A stretch of 64,000 nucleotides of DNA. Origin: Alkalispirochaeta sp. GTDB taxonomy: Bacteria; Spirochaetota; Spirochaetia; DSM-27196; Alkalispirochaetaceae. The stretch covers positions 3,136,001 through 3,200,000 of the forward strand of contig OZ271854.1 of NCBI GenBank assembly GCA_965601925.1, read 5' to 3'. Position 1 is the first letter of the stretch, and the number at the start of each line of letters is the position of its first letter. This document shows, one piece after another, positions 1 to 9,580 of the stretch. The position numbers and the translations under genes are program-made. The notes beneath the pieces are model-generated. The model ran no database searches, was not told the origin of the DNA, and saw nothing but the letters and a program-made list of their open reading frames with translations.

Positions 1-696
1 GGACTCCAACAGCGAGACGGCCCACTCCATCTTCATCCGTTCGTGGAGACGGCCGAGGGATGTGCCGAAAAGCTCATTCATCCGTCTCATGAGCGTGTTA
101 CGGGACACTCCGAAATCCTCCGCCATCTTCGACACGCCGATTCGATCGCCAATGCGTTCGTGCAGGTAGTTGAGTACTTCGGTTCGGTCATTTAGGGGAC
201 GGAGCCGCTCCGTCGACTCGAGTCGGGTCAGCACGGACACGAGAATTTCAGCCAGAAGGACCTCTCGGTATCCCATCTCGTGCGCTGCATCCTCGGCGTA
301 TCGATGGGAGGGCACGAACCCCATGCGCCGAACGAGCTCGGCGTAGTGCAGGTAGTTCGGGTCCCGGCCGAATCGCGATCGGCGGCTCTCACCGATTCTT
401 GCCGTGAGGTGACGAGCATAGGGACCAAGGAATCGACAGTAATAGTGCTCGTAGGGATCGTCCTTCGATGAGTAGAGGACACCGACATCTTCCGGCTCCA
501 CCAATCCCACCATACCGGCCTTCACCGTGACGGTGTTTCGTGAGTTGGAATAGTATCCCCGACCCGCAAGAAAGACGGTGAGCATGACATCTCCTTGGAG
601 CGTTCCCGGCGTGGAGTGGGGCGCGAGTCCCTGGGCAGCCCGCTCCGGACCGGCCACGTGGCCACTCGTTCGAACGGTGAATGGGGCTTGAACCAT
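1..696 (-). CDS. AraC-family transcriptional regulator (cut by the window edge)
   Basis: Not in the ORF track; translated by hand from ATG at 696: MVQAPFTVRTSGHV...VMLTVFLAGRGYY...YEHYYCRFLG (cupin-like), then EVLNYLHERIGDRIGVSKMAEDFGVSRNTLMRRMNELFGTS...ERMKMEWAVSLLES (first AraC HTH). An in-frame TGA two codons upstream fixes the start. Confidence 0.85.
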   Translation of the reverse strand, partial: MVQAPFTVRTSGHVAGPERAAQGLAPHSTPGTLQGDVMLTVFLAGRGYYSNSRNTVTVKAGMVGLVEPEDVGVLYSSKDDPYEHYYCRFLGPYARHLTARIGESRRSRFGRDPNYLHYAELVRRMGFVPSHRYAEDAAHEMGYREVLLAEILVSVLTRLESTERLRPLNDRTEVLNYLHERIGDRIGVSKMAEDFGVSRNTLMRRMNELFGTSLGRLHERMKMEWAVSLLES

Positions 697-1013
697 GTGT
701 CATAATCGGCGCCCTACGTGCGGATGTCAACGCGACGGCGCCCGAGCGACTCGGTAGCGTGTCACACTCGAAAGGATCGCGAGGCCGCCGATTGCCGACG
801 GTTGAGGATAGCGGTACGGCCCGTCGCCTGGATATCACCGAGATCTGAAACGTTCCGAACGTAATGGGTCGACGGAGGATGTGTGGTTAGAGTGATAGGC
901 CCCCGCAAGAGCGTGCTGCTCGCGATACATCGGACCATTCGTGGCGAACGGTCCGAGTGAACCGCTCTACGGAGCTGTTACGGATTACTTTCCCGCCCGG
1001 AGGCGGGGTGCGC

Positions 1014-1592
1014 TTAGTCGCCGTCGCCCGCCCACCGGTCGAACGTGACGCCCCGCGCCTCGTCCAGGCGCGCGATTAATCGTACCGGGTCGTCGTCGTG
1101 AAGCACCAAATTTCTGCTGCGACGAAGCAAAAACCCCTCGTCCACCATAGCGTCGAAGAAACGGAGTAACGGATTGTAGAAGCCCGCCACATCGAGTAGA
1201 CCCACCGGCTTGCCGTGAAGGCCGATCTGGGCCCAACTCAGCACCTCCGAGAGTTCCTCCAGGGTACCGAATCCGCCGGGTAGTGCGATGAAGCCGTCGC
1301 TTCGGTCCATCATCTCCCGTTTGCGCTCGTGCATGGACGTGACGATGGTGAGCTCCGTCAACCCTGGGTGGGCGATCTCGCGGTCTTCCAGGTGTTTGGG
1401 AATCACACCCAGAACCTCACCGCCCCGCGAGAGCGTGGCGTCGGCGACGATTCCCATGAGACCCGCCTTCCCTCCGCCGTACACCAACCGTGCGCCGGCA
1501 TCAACGATCGCCGTACCGAGGGAACGGGCCGCGGCCTCGTAACGGACGTCGCTACCGGGTGAGGACCCGCAGTACACACATATCGAGTTCAT
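1014..1592 (-). CDS. LOG-family nucleotide 5'-monophosphate phosphoribohydrolase (TIGR00730-type)
   Basis: ICVYCGSS, LVYGGGKAGLMG, MHERK and the PGGFGTLEE signature. The ATG overlaps the upstream stop (ATGA). Confidence 0.95.
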   Translation of the reverse strand: MNSICVYCGSSPGSDVRYEAAARSLGTAIVDAGARLVYGGGKAGLMGIVADATLSRGGEVLGVIPKHLEDREIAHPGLTELTIVTSMHERKREMMDRSDGFIALPGGFGTLEELSEVLSWAQIGLHGKPVGLLDVAGFYNPLLRFFDAMVDEGFLLRRSRNLVLHDDDPVRLIARLDEARGVTFDRWAGDGD

Positions 1593-4555
1593 GAATCGAT
1601 CTTCTCCTTGCCGATGTTCGACGGCCGTAACCGTGCGTCGAGACGGTCCAGCGTGGCGGCTACACGGCTCCGTCCCGCAAGCTCAGCGGGTCGCAACGTC
1701 CCGGTACGATGAAGCTCGCGACACGCCTCGGCGTACGGGATACGGGCAAGCCCGGCTATGATACGACTCCCGCGGTCGACCAGCTTTTTGTTGGTGGGAT
1801 CGACCTGCACCATGAAGTTACCCTTGATGCGTCCCAACCGCGCCATCGTGGCGGTCGAAACGGTGTTGAGGATGAGCTTGAGCGCGAGACGGCGGTATAG
1901 ATCGGAGAGAGTCTCCCGCATCACCAACGGTATTGCGGTGTAGCGTGTGGATTCGTCGTCGACACCCCCGCCGATTGAGGACCGCGCGTTCGGATGGTCC
2001 GTCGCGTGTGCGGCACCAACCGCGACGTGTATACGGTCGGCACCGACGGAACGCTCCTCCCGCAACGCCGCCCCGACGCGCTCACCGTCCGTCTCACCGG
2101 CGCTTATTCCGATAAAGAGGGCGCCGTCTTCCGAAGAACGCTCCGCGAGCCCGTCGATTCCGATGCGATATTCGGCCAGTGCACGCGACGAAAGGGGCGG
2201 TGGTGAGTCGATGAAGCGCTGCGGGGCGGCAAGCTCCTCGTATACGTCACGACCCCACTCCAGCCCGCGGGGAGCGCGCAGCAGCATATCGCGCCACGCC
2301 TTCTCGGTCTGCAGTCGCGCATGTTTCGGAAAGGCCCACGACGGCGGTGCGTTGCCCTCGGATGCGGCGCGCATGGGCGGGAGATTAAACGTCGGCGTGC
2401 GCTCCGACGTGTCGCTGAAGACGTCCAGGAGGTATCGGTCTGCGAGGTAGGTCACCAGACCGCCGCGGCGATACACCTCCTCTTCCGCCTCGACAAGGCG
2501 TGCGAGTGTCGCTACCGTGTCGTCCGACTGCAGAGAGGCGAGGAGACGATCGAAGTGATGAGCATACGACTCCTCGCTCAACGCCCCGTCGCCTTGGAGC
2601 CGACGAATCGCGTCGTCCATGGCCGACCCTACGACGAGCAACTCGGCACTCGTCGCCTGCATACGCGTCGATCCGGCGATCGCCATGGCGCCGGTCGTGA
2701 GGTCTAGTGCGACGACTTTCGGATGCTCTATTAGTTCTCGCGACCGTTCGGTTCGGGAGATCAACAACTCAGTCGGATTATTGTACACGAAAAAGACGGA
2801 CGCGCCGCGTTCCAAGGCTTCCCAGGCGGTGCCGATCACCGACGAGGTTTCCCCACCTTCGGAGATTGCAATGCACAGATCGCCCTTGCCGATGCCGAGG
2901 TCGACCATTTGACGGCGGCCGAATATCTGGAAGTCTTCGAAGCTTTCTACCGACTTTATGAGCGCCCGGTCGCCACCGGTGATGATACCGGCCGCGCGAT
3001 CGGCGATTTCAGCATCCGCATCGAGCCACGCGCGACGCCACATCGTCTCCAGAAGTACCGCAAGGCGACCCGTGGAGCCGCACCCGGAGATACGCAGTCT
3101 CCCGCCGTTTCGGATCGTCCGTACGATCGCCCCGGAGAGGGAGCGCCACGCGTCGCCGCCGATGGTGCGGCGGGCGACCGGTGCGATATCTTCGTCGACC
3201 GCAAGAAGTGCCCGTATTCCGGCCCGCGTGTCGCCGGCGATCGTGTCGCTAAGCGTGGATGTCGCCGGATGGGATTGCTCGGTTACGAGATGACCCAGAT
3301 GAAACTGCGTCTCCTCGTCGACGAATCGGCGCGCCTCTCCATCCGCGGCGATCCTTTGTATGCGTCGGGCGTGACGCAGGAGGATCCGCGGAAGATGAAA
3401 GCAGCCCTTCCACTTGCCGCCCTTCTGCTGCGTCGAGGGCGTCCCGTCGCGATGGAGATATCCGTACCACTCGTCGAACTCGGGATCGCGAAAACGGTCC
3501 CACGTATAACGTTCGATCCGGCTGTGCCACTCGCGAAACGGTTCGGTATCGCCTTCGCGTTGCGACGTATCGGCGTCGGCGGCGACCAACGCGGCGTACA
3601 TCGACTCCAGATGAACCCACCACAATTTCATATCGTGTTCGAGTTTCTCCGGCGCGTGCCCCGCGTAGTCTTGAAAGTAGAGTATGCCGTCGTGCTCCGC
3701 ATCCCATCCGCGCTCAAACGTCCACAACAGCGCCTGTCGCGCGCGCTCGATCCACTCCGTATGTCCGAGCTCTTCGGCGGCCTCAATGGCCATCCACAGC
3801 GCCTCGGCGGCGTGGCCGGGATTGAGAAGACGTCCGTCCATGCCGTCGGGATGCGACCCGTCCGCCAACACGTGCTCGAAAACCGCGCGACGCTCGGCGT
3901 CGATGTGGCGCCCCAGAATCACCGATGCGTTGTCCTCCAGCACACCGACGAGTCCGCGCTCGTCCAAGCCGACACCGTCGCCGCCGATCGTCCGCGCAAA
4001 TACGTCGGCCATGTTGAGCTGAATCATGGGAAGCGACATCGCGAGGGTCGGGCGCGATCCGGTCACCGTCTTGGTCCAGCGCCCCTTGGGACGGAGCGAC
4101 CGTTCGCGTACCCTGCGCCACGACCGACGGGCGACCGTCGCCGCCTCGTCGGAATCGGAGGCGGCCGCATACTCGGCCATTGCCATGGCGGCAAAACAAT
4201 CGGAGAAGATGTTATAGGGCTCCACCAACGGCGTCCCGTCGCGTAAGAGCGAAAAGTACCAGTCGCCCGACTCCGAGCGGCCGTGGCGCAACAAAAAATC
4301 GGCGCCCAGCGCGGCGAGATCGAGCCAATCTCCACGCCGCTCGACGGTGCGATAGAGGTGAGAGAACATCCACACCTGGCGCGCTTGCAGCCAGACGAAC
4401 TTGTCGGTATCGAAGACCGTTCCGTCGCGCTCCAAGCACGTGAAGTATCCGCCGTGCTTACGGTCCGGGGAGTGGCGTTCCCAGAACGGAATGACGCGGT
4501 CCAGTAGTTCGGAATAGTACGTTTCGGCCGTACGGTCGCTCGGGATCGGGTTCAT
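1589..4555 (-). CDS. Fusion of N-acylglucosamine 2-epimerase (AGE family) and a MurQ/GCKR-like SIS-domain module
   Basis: First ~405 aa: GGYFTCLERDG, DKFVWLQARQVW, NPGHAAE, KLWWVHLE, KGGKWKGCFHLPR. Remainder: TEQSHP, GCGSTGRL, ISEGGET, GSTRMQAT, KLILNTVST...LGRIKGNFMVQVDPTNKKLVDRG. Confidence 0.85.
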   Translation of the reverse strand: MNPIPSDRTAETYYSELLDRVIPFWERHSPDRKHGGYFTCLERDGTVFDTDKFVWLQARQVWMFSHLYRTVERRGDWLDLAALGADFLLRHGRSESGDWYFSLLRDGTPLVEPYNIFSDCFAAMAMAEYAAASDSDEAATVARRSWRRVRERSLRPKGRWTKTVTGSRPTLAMSLPMIQLNMADVFARTIGGDGVGLDERGLVGVLEDNASVILGRHIDAERRAVFEHVLADGSHPDGMDGRLLNPGHAAEALWMAIEAAEELGHTEWIERARQALLWTFERGWDAEHDGILYFQDYAGHAPEKLEHDMKLWWVHLESMYAALVAADADTSQREGDTEPFREWHSRIERYTWDRFRDPEFDEWYGYLHRDGTPSTQQKGGKWKGCFHLPRILLRHARRIQRIAADGEARRFVDEETQFHLGHLVTEQSHPATSTLSDTIAGDTRAGIRALLAVDEDIAPVARRTIGGDAWRSLSGAIVRTIRNGGRLRISGCGSTGRLAVLLETMWRRAWLDADAEIADRAAGIITGGDRALIKSVESFEDFQIFGRRQMVDLGIGKGDLCIAISEGGETSSVIGTAWEALERGASVFFVYNNPTELLISRTERSRELIEHPKVVALDLTTGAMAIAGSTRMQATSAELLVVGSAMDDAIRRLQGDGALSEESYAHHFDRLLASLQSDDTVATLARLVEAEEEVYRRGGLVTYLADRYLLDVFSDTSERTPTFNLPPMRAASEGNAPPSWAFPKHARLQTEKAWRDMLLRAPRGLEWGRDVYEELAAPQRFIDSPPPLSSRALAEYRIGIDGLAERSSEDGALFIGISAGETDGERVGAALREERSVGADRIHVAVGAAHATDHPNARSSIGGGVDDESTRYTAIPLVMRETLSDLYRRLALKLILNTVSTATMARLGRIKGNFMVQVDPTNKKLVDRGSRIIAGLARIPYAEACRELHRTGTLRPAELAGRSRVAATLDRLDARLRPSNIGKEKIDS

Positions 4556-5406
4556 TTTATTGCTCCTGCGGTAATGCCTTTGATGAAGTACCGAGACATG
4601 AACATGTAGAGAATCAACATCGGAAGTATCGCTATCGAGAGCGCGGCAAAGACCAACGCCCAGTTGATCTGATACTGTCCGAAGAAGGTGCTGATACCCA
4701 CCGGCAGCGTCTTGAGGCGATCGGTGCGCACGAAGACGAGGGGAAAGAAAAAATCGTTCCAGATCGGGACCATGTTGTAAATCGTGACTAACGCGATCGA
4801 CGGCGCCGAAAGAGGTAGGGCGACGCGTCGATAGATTCCGAAATCGTTAGCTCCGTCGATGCGCGCCGCGTCCTCCAGATCCTGCGGTATGGTTCGCATG
4901 AAGCCGGCGAGAATGAACACCGTGGAGGGAATACCCATCGCGGCGAACACGAGAATCAGTGCCGCGTGGGAGTCCAGGAGTCCCATCCGCCGCACGATCA
5001 AAAAAAGGGGGATGACCGCCGCCTTGAGCGGTAGCATGATACCGGCGAGAAACAGCATGTAAATCGCCGTGTTGAGGCGATACCGGTAGCGCGCGATGCC
5101 GAACGACGCCATGGAACCGAAGAGCAGCACGCCGACCATGGCGATCACGGTCACGAACACGCTGTTTCGGATATAGCGACCGAAGCGTCCGTCTACCCAT
5201 ACGGTGCGGTAATTGTCGAGGACCCACTCTCGGGGTACGCCGAAGGGGTGTTGGAAGATCTCCCGTGTCGTTTTGAACGACGAGAGTACCATGTTCACGA
5301 GGGGGTAGAGCACCACGACCGCGTAGGCGATCATGACGATCTCGACGGTGAGATATACCGCGCGTTTGATCGGTGACGAGGTGGCCAGATCGATATCGAA
5401 GATCAC
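4552..5406 (-). CDS. Carbohydrate ABC transporter permease (MalG-like)
   Basis: EAA loop LEDAARIDGA, WNDFFFPL, C-terminal FIKGITAGAIK. Confidence 0.95.
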   Translation of the reverse strand: MIFDIDLATSSPIKRAVYLTVEIVMIAYAVVVLYPLVNMVLSSFKTTREIFQHPFGVPREWVLDNYRTVWVDGRFGRYIRNSVFVTVIAMVGVLLFGSMASFGIARYRYRLNTAIYMLFLAGIMLPLKAAVIPLFLIVRRMGLLDSHAALILVFAAMGIPSTVFILAGFMRTIPQDLEDAARIDGANDFGIYRRVALPLSAPSIALVTIYNMVPIWNDFFFPLVFVRTDRLKTLPVGISTFFGQYQINWALVFAALSIAILPMLILYMFMSRYFIKGITAGAIK

Positions 5407-6371
5407 ATCTCCACCTCGCGTGTTCGGAGTCCCAGAATTGAGGCGAGCGAGAAGGCAAAGGTGAGCACGTAGATGAGGACACCGATCGACGAGCCGATGC
5501 CGATCTCGGGAATCCCCGTGTCCACGCTCCCGAATGCGGTGCGATAGAAGAGGGTGCCGATGGTGTCGGTGGAGAAGAACGGTCCCGCGGAGAGACCGGC
5601 CATCGTGAACACCTGCTCAAAGACGTTGAGGCTCCCGATCATCGTGAGAACGGTGATGATCGTGATCGCAGGAACGATCAGCGGGAGGACGACACGGAAG
5701 AACACCGTCGTCTCACGCGCCCCGTCGAGATATGCCGCTTCGATACACGCCTTCGGTACGTTGTTGATCGCCGCATAAAACACCAGCGTCGGAAATCCGA
5801 GCCAGCGCCACATGTTGACCGTGATAATCGCGTAGGTAGCCAACCCCGCCTCGCCCAGCCACGGTCGTGCCGCTCCTTCCGCGCCGACGGCGCGGAGAAG
5901 TTGATTGATCAGTCCGTAGTTGGGGTTAAGATACAGACGCCATAGAAAGCCCACCGCCACGATGGAAAAGAGCACGGGGATGAAGAAGATGCGCTGAAAG
6001 ATCTTGGAGCCGGGAATGCTTCGGCTCAAGAAATATCCAAATGCCAAACCGAGTAGGTTCTGCACCGCCATCGTGACCGCAAACCACCGCACGTTGTTGG
6101 CCAGGGCGTTCCACAGCCGTTCGTTATATGGAAACTCGAAGAAGATCGTGCGAAAGTTGGCCAAGCCGACAAATGCGCCCCGCTCAGTACTACGCCACTC
6201 AAATGCGCTGTTGAACAGTGAGAGAAACAACGGCGCGATAATGAATGTAAGTACGATCGCGAGCGCCGGCGTTACGAAAAAGGCGATCCAGAGATTTCGT
6301 TGGAGCGTTCTATGCGCCATATCGAGCCGTCGAGCGAACCGCGACGCGAACTCATCGACGTCGCGGCGCAC
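5403..6371 (-). CDS. Carbohydrate ABC transporter permease (MalF-like)
   Basis: FVGLANF, IEAAYLDGA EAA loop, multiple TM helices. Confidence 0.93.
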   Translation of the reverse strand: MRRDVDEFASRFARRLDMAHRTLQRNLWIAFFVTPALAIVLTFIIAPLFLSLFNSAFEWRSTERGAFVGLANFRTIFFEFPYNERLWNALANNVRWFAVTMAVQNLLGLAFGYFLSRSIPGSKIFQRIFFIPVLFSIVAVGFLWRLYLNPNYGLINQLLRAVGAEGAARPWLGEAGLATYAIITVNMWRWLGFPTLVFYAAINNVPKACIEAAYLDGARETTVFFRVVLPLIVPAITIITVLTMIGSLNVFEQVFTMAGLSAGPFFSTDTIGTLFYRTAFGSVDTGIPEIGIGSSIGVLIYVLTFAFSLASILGLRTREVEM

Positions 6372-6377
6372 CCAGTC

Positions 6378-7643
6378 TCAGTCTTGAAACGGCTCGAACC
6401 ACGTCGCGAGGCCGCGGTGCACATCCTCGGCGGCGTCGGCGGCGGTGATCTCTCCCGCGAACATCTCCTGCAGCGCCGATTGCAGTAAGGTCGAACCGGT
6501 CGGCTGTTCGTACCGGAATCCTACCAAATGAACATACGGCGTGGCGTGCTCGTTTAGGCGGATCAACTCTCCGAGAAACGGATCGTCGACGGACACGCCG
6601 GGAACGTCCGACTTCAACTTGAGGTTCTCAGCCAGAAATTGGCCCGCCTCGCGACTCATCAGAAACGATAGGAAGCGTGTAGCCGCCTCGGGATGTTCGG
6701 TCGTTGCCGAGGCGCCGAACGAACCGTCGACAAAACTCGATACGTATCGCGTTCCCCCTCGCTCCGCAGGCGGCCCGGCAAAGATGCCGATCTCGAGAGA
6801 CGGATTTTGCGACGCGAAGTAGGCGGCCTCCCAACTCCCGCCGATGAAGTGTCCGGCACCCTCGTTTATGAAGCTCGCCTGCATATCGACGTATCCGACA
6901 CCCATGTAACCGTCGGGCATGAACGGTATGAGCTCGTTGAGTACGTCGAGCGCAGCGACGTATCGGCGATCGGTGAAGTCGGTCTCGCCGGTGATCACGG
7001 CGTCAAAAAAATCGTCGGCGCCGTAGAAACTCGGCCCGATCACGCCGCTCATCACCTCAAGCGTCCACCCGTCGGCGGCACCGTTGGCCAGCGGCGTAAT
7101 ACCCGCCTCACGCATCGCCTCGAGGTTCACTATGAACTCGTCCCACGTCTCCGGCTCCGCGAGACCGAGCTCGTCGTACATCCGCGCATTATAGTAGATG
7201 ACCAGCGTCTGACTCGCAAACGGCACACCGTATACGCGTCCGTCGGCGATCGATGTCGCCCCGCGCCGCGTCCCGGCGGGAACATCTTCCAACGCCGAAA
7301 TCTCGCCGTCCAGCGGCATGAGATATCCGGGCTGGGCAAATTGCTCCAGGCCGCCGTAGGCCCGTAGATGGATGATATCGGGCCCTCCGCCCCCCTGGAG
7401 CGCCGCGGAAAGCACCGTGTTGTATTCCGTTTGTACGATCGGGTTGAAGGTGACGCGAATGTCGGGATTTTGCGTCTCGAATCGTTCAATCAGCGATTCA
7501 TACACCGCGACATCCTCGACCCGCCACGACCAAAACTCAAGAACCGTCGCATCGTCGGTTGTCTCTTCTCCCGATCCCGAGGGAAACACCGCGAAAACGA
7601 CCAATAACCCCAACACTAATACGCCGCCGAGACGATTTTTCAC
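6378..7643 (-). CDS. Carbohydrate ABC transporter substrate-binding protein
   Basis: Signal peptide, LEFWSW, GPDII, GRVYGVP, YYNARMY..LGLAEPETWDEF; GTG start with AGGAGG RBS. Confidence 0.93.
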   Translation of the reverse strand: MKNRLGGVLVLGLLVVFAVFPSGSGEETTDDATVLEFWSWRVEDVAVYESLIERFETQNPDIRVTFNPIVQTEYNTVLSAALQGGGGPDIIHLRAYGGLEQFAQPGYLMPLDGEISALEDVPAGTRRGATSIADGRVYGVPFASQTLVIYYNARMYDELGLAEPETWDEFIVNLEAMREAGITPLANGAADGWTLEVMSGVIGPSFYGADDFFDAVITGETDFTDRRYVAALDVLNELIPFMPDGYMGVGYVDMQASFINEGAGHFIGGSWEAAYFASQNPSLEIGIFAGPPAERGGTRYVSSFVDGSFGASATTEHPEAATRFLSFLMSREAGQFLAENLKLKSDVPGVSVDDPFLGELIRLNEHATPYVHLVGFRYEQPTGSTLLQSALQEMFAGEITAADAAEDVHRGLATWFEPFQD

Positions 7644-7683
7644 GCTTTCTCCTCCTCCTGACCGATAGTAGTAGAGTATATTG

Positions 7684-7713
7684 AGCGTATGGCCCGGGAT
7701 CGGACAATGTCAA
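7684..7713 (-). promoter_or_regulatory. Putative sigma70-type promoter of the ABC/AGE-fusion/LOG operon
   Basis: TTGACA-N18-TACGCT on the minus strand, about 40 nt upstream of the SBP start. Confidence 0.5.
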
Positions 7714-7809
7714 TCCCGCCCCGCTTCGACGACTTGCCTCGGTTCGTCGACCGAAATGTTGCCTCGTTCTTTGTGGAGAGGCGTCTCTTGCGTTACTATC
7801 TGACGGAAC

Positions 7810-9423
7810 ATGGACATTTTTCATCGACGAGCGGGTAAGCGTGACGAGCGACCGTGGGGCGGTTCCGGGTTCCGTCTCTACTTCGTCTCCGCCCTGCCGT
7901 TTGTCGCCGTCCTCGTGGCGGGCTCGCTCCTCTATCACTATCAGACGCGTCCGTTGATCCTCGACGAGTACGAGGGCGATATCGAAACCAATTTGGACCT
8001 CAAGTCTCTGTTTATCTCACGGTGGGTCGAGGAACGGGTTCTTTTAATAGGATACTTCGCGGGGCATCTCGCCGGTCACGTCGAAGACATGGCCGGCCTT
8101 ACCGAGGAGGTCATGCGATTTGCCGATGAGTTGCCGGATTTCACTGCGGCGGTCGTCGTCTCACCCGACGGGTACGTCCTCGTCGACTCGGCGGGGCCGG
8201 GCGGCGGCTACGTCGGCGACAGAGAGTATTTTCAAAGGGCGCTTGCCGGAACCATCAACGTCAGCGAGGTCATCGTCGGTCGTACGACCGGTCGCCAACT
8301 GATCGTCTTTGCCGCGCCGGTGTACCGCGACTCGAGCGACATATTCGGCGTCGTGTTCGCTCCCGTGAGTCTTACGACGCTCGAGGATGTGATCGTCGAG
8401 CTTTCCGCGACGAGGCCCATTCACGCCACCCTCGTCGATCGAAACGATGTCGTGATCGCCACTAGCTATCCGCGCTCTGAGCGTACCATGCTTCCGACAT
8501 ATCGCCCGGGATATGAGGAACCGACGGTCTTTACGAACGAGGCGGGTATCGAGGTCATCAGATCACGACGGCAAATCGACATCACCGAGTGGTCGCTTGT
8601 GGTGGAGTCGGACATCGAGGAGTTGGTACACGTCTTCAACCGCTATAACGCGGCGTTGGCCGTCACCGTCGTCGTCGCGACCGTCGTTATCGCCCTTCTT
8701 CTGGTGAGAATCAGACACTCGGTCGTCAGCATGATTCGCGTTCTGGATACGATGAGCCGCAATATCGGCGATGGCGACTATACGGCGGCGCGGGCACTGC
8801 GGTTGCCGTCGACCGCGCCCGGAGAGCTGCGGCGCCTCTATGCGACGATCCGCGACATGGCTTTGGCAGTCCATGCGCGCCACACTGAACTGCAGCATAT
8901 GTCGCTCACCGATCCGCTCACGTCTCTGGCAAATCGGCTCTATCTCGAGAGCGAAGGGACGCGAATCATCCAAATGTGCGCTCTTTCCAACCAGCCGTGC
9001 TCGGTTCTCGTCCTCGACATCGACCATTTCAAGTCGATAAACGATACGCTCGGGCACGACGCCGGCGATCGGGTGCTAATCGCTTTCTCGCGGACGCTCG
9101 CCCGCTCCTTTCGCGCCGGAGATTTTCTGGCGCGGTACGGCGGCGAGGAGTTCGTGGCGATACTTCCGCGTACGGGATGCGAGGAGGCCGTCGGCCTTGC
9201 CGAAAGGATTCGGATCGTCGTCGAGGAGGACGAACGGTTGGTTACACCGGCTATGCAGCGGGTAACGATCAGTATCGGCGTCGGCGAAGTCGTCTTTCCG
9301 GACGACGCCGTCGTGGAAGAGGCGAGTTGCCGCGCCCTCCTCGAGGCCGCCATTACATTTGCCGATCGTGAGCTTTACCGGGCCAAAGCCGGGGGGCGGA
9401 ATCGCGTTTCGGGGGTGTGTTGA
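7810..9423 (+). CDS. Membrane diguanylate cyclase (TM-dCache-TM-HAMP-GGDEF)
   Basis: Cache-type GDREYFQRA...SEVIVGRTTG; TDPLTSLANR, DIDHFKSINDTLGH, RxxD I-site (RAGD), RYGGEEF. Confidence 0.92.
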   Translation: MDIFHRRAGKRDERPWGGSGFRLYFVSALPFVAVLVAGSLLYHYQTRPLILDEYEGDIETNLDLKSLFISRWVEERVLLIGYFAGHLAGHVEDMAGLTEEVMRFADELPDFTAAVVVSPDGYVLVDSAGPGGGYVGDREYFQRALAGTINVSEVIVGRTTGRQLIVFAAPVYRDSSDIFGVVFAPVSLTTLEDVIVELSATRPIHATLVDRNDVVIATSYPRSERTMLPTYRPGYEEPTVFTNEAGIEVIRSRRQIDITEWSLVVESDIEELVHVFNRYNAALAVTVVVATVVIALLLVRIRHSVVSMIRVLDTMSRNIGDGDYTAARALRLPSTAPGELRRLYATIRDMALAVHARHTELQHMSLTDPLTSLANRLYLESEGTRIIQMCALSNQPCSVLVLDIDHFKSINDTLGHDAGDRVLIAFSRTLARSFRAGDFLARYGGEEFVAILPRTGCEEAVGLAERIRIVVEEDERLVTPAMQRVTISIGVGEVVFPDDAVVEEASCRALLEAAITFADRELYRAKAGGRNRVSGVC

Positions 9424-9580
9424 CAACGACGGATGTGGCGCTGGCCCTCAATTTCGCCGATCATGGTAGTTCTACGGGCCCATTGGTGGTTAATTTCGAT
9501 GTGCATACTACAATTATCGAAAGGGTCCGTAGCTCCCGCAAAAAAAGTTAGAGGGTATACGAATCGAGAATTTCAAGTAT

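Noticed and set aside
697..1013. Hairpins at ~930-957 and ~993-1008 as a possible ncRNA
   Set aside because: Short stems compatible with termination after the LOG gene; no family signature.
2909..4246. 445-aa plus-strand ORF
   Set aside because: Antisense shadow of the AGE fusion with no motifs; expected from GC-rich codon bias.
9424..9580. Possible c-di-GMP riboswitch between the two c-di-GMP genes
   Set aside because: No GGCAAAC/GACGCAAAG class I core or class II pattern is visible; more likely a promoter region.
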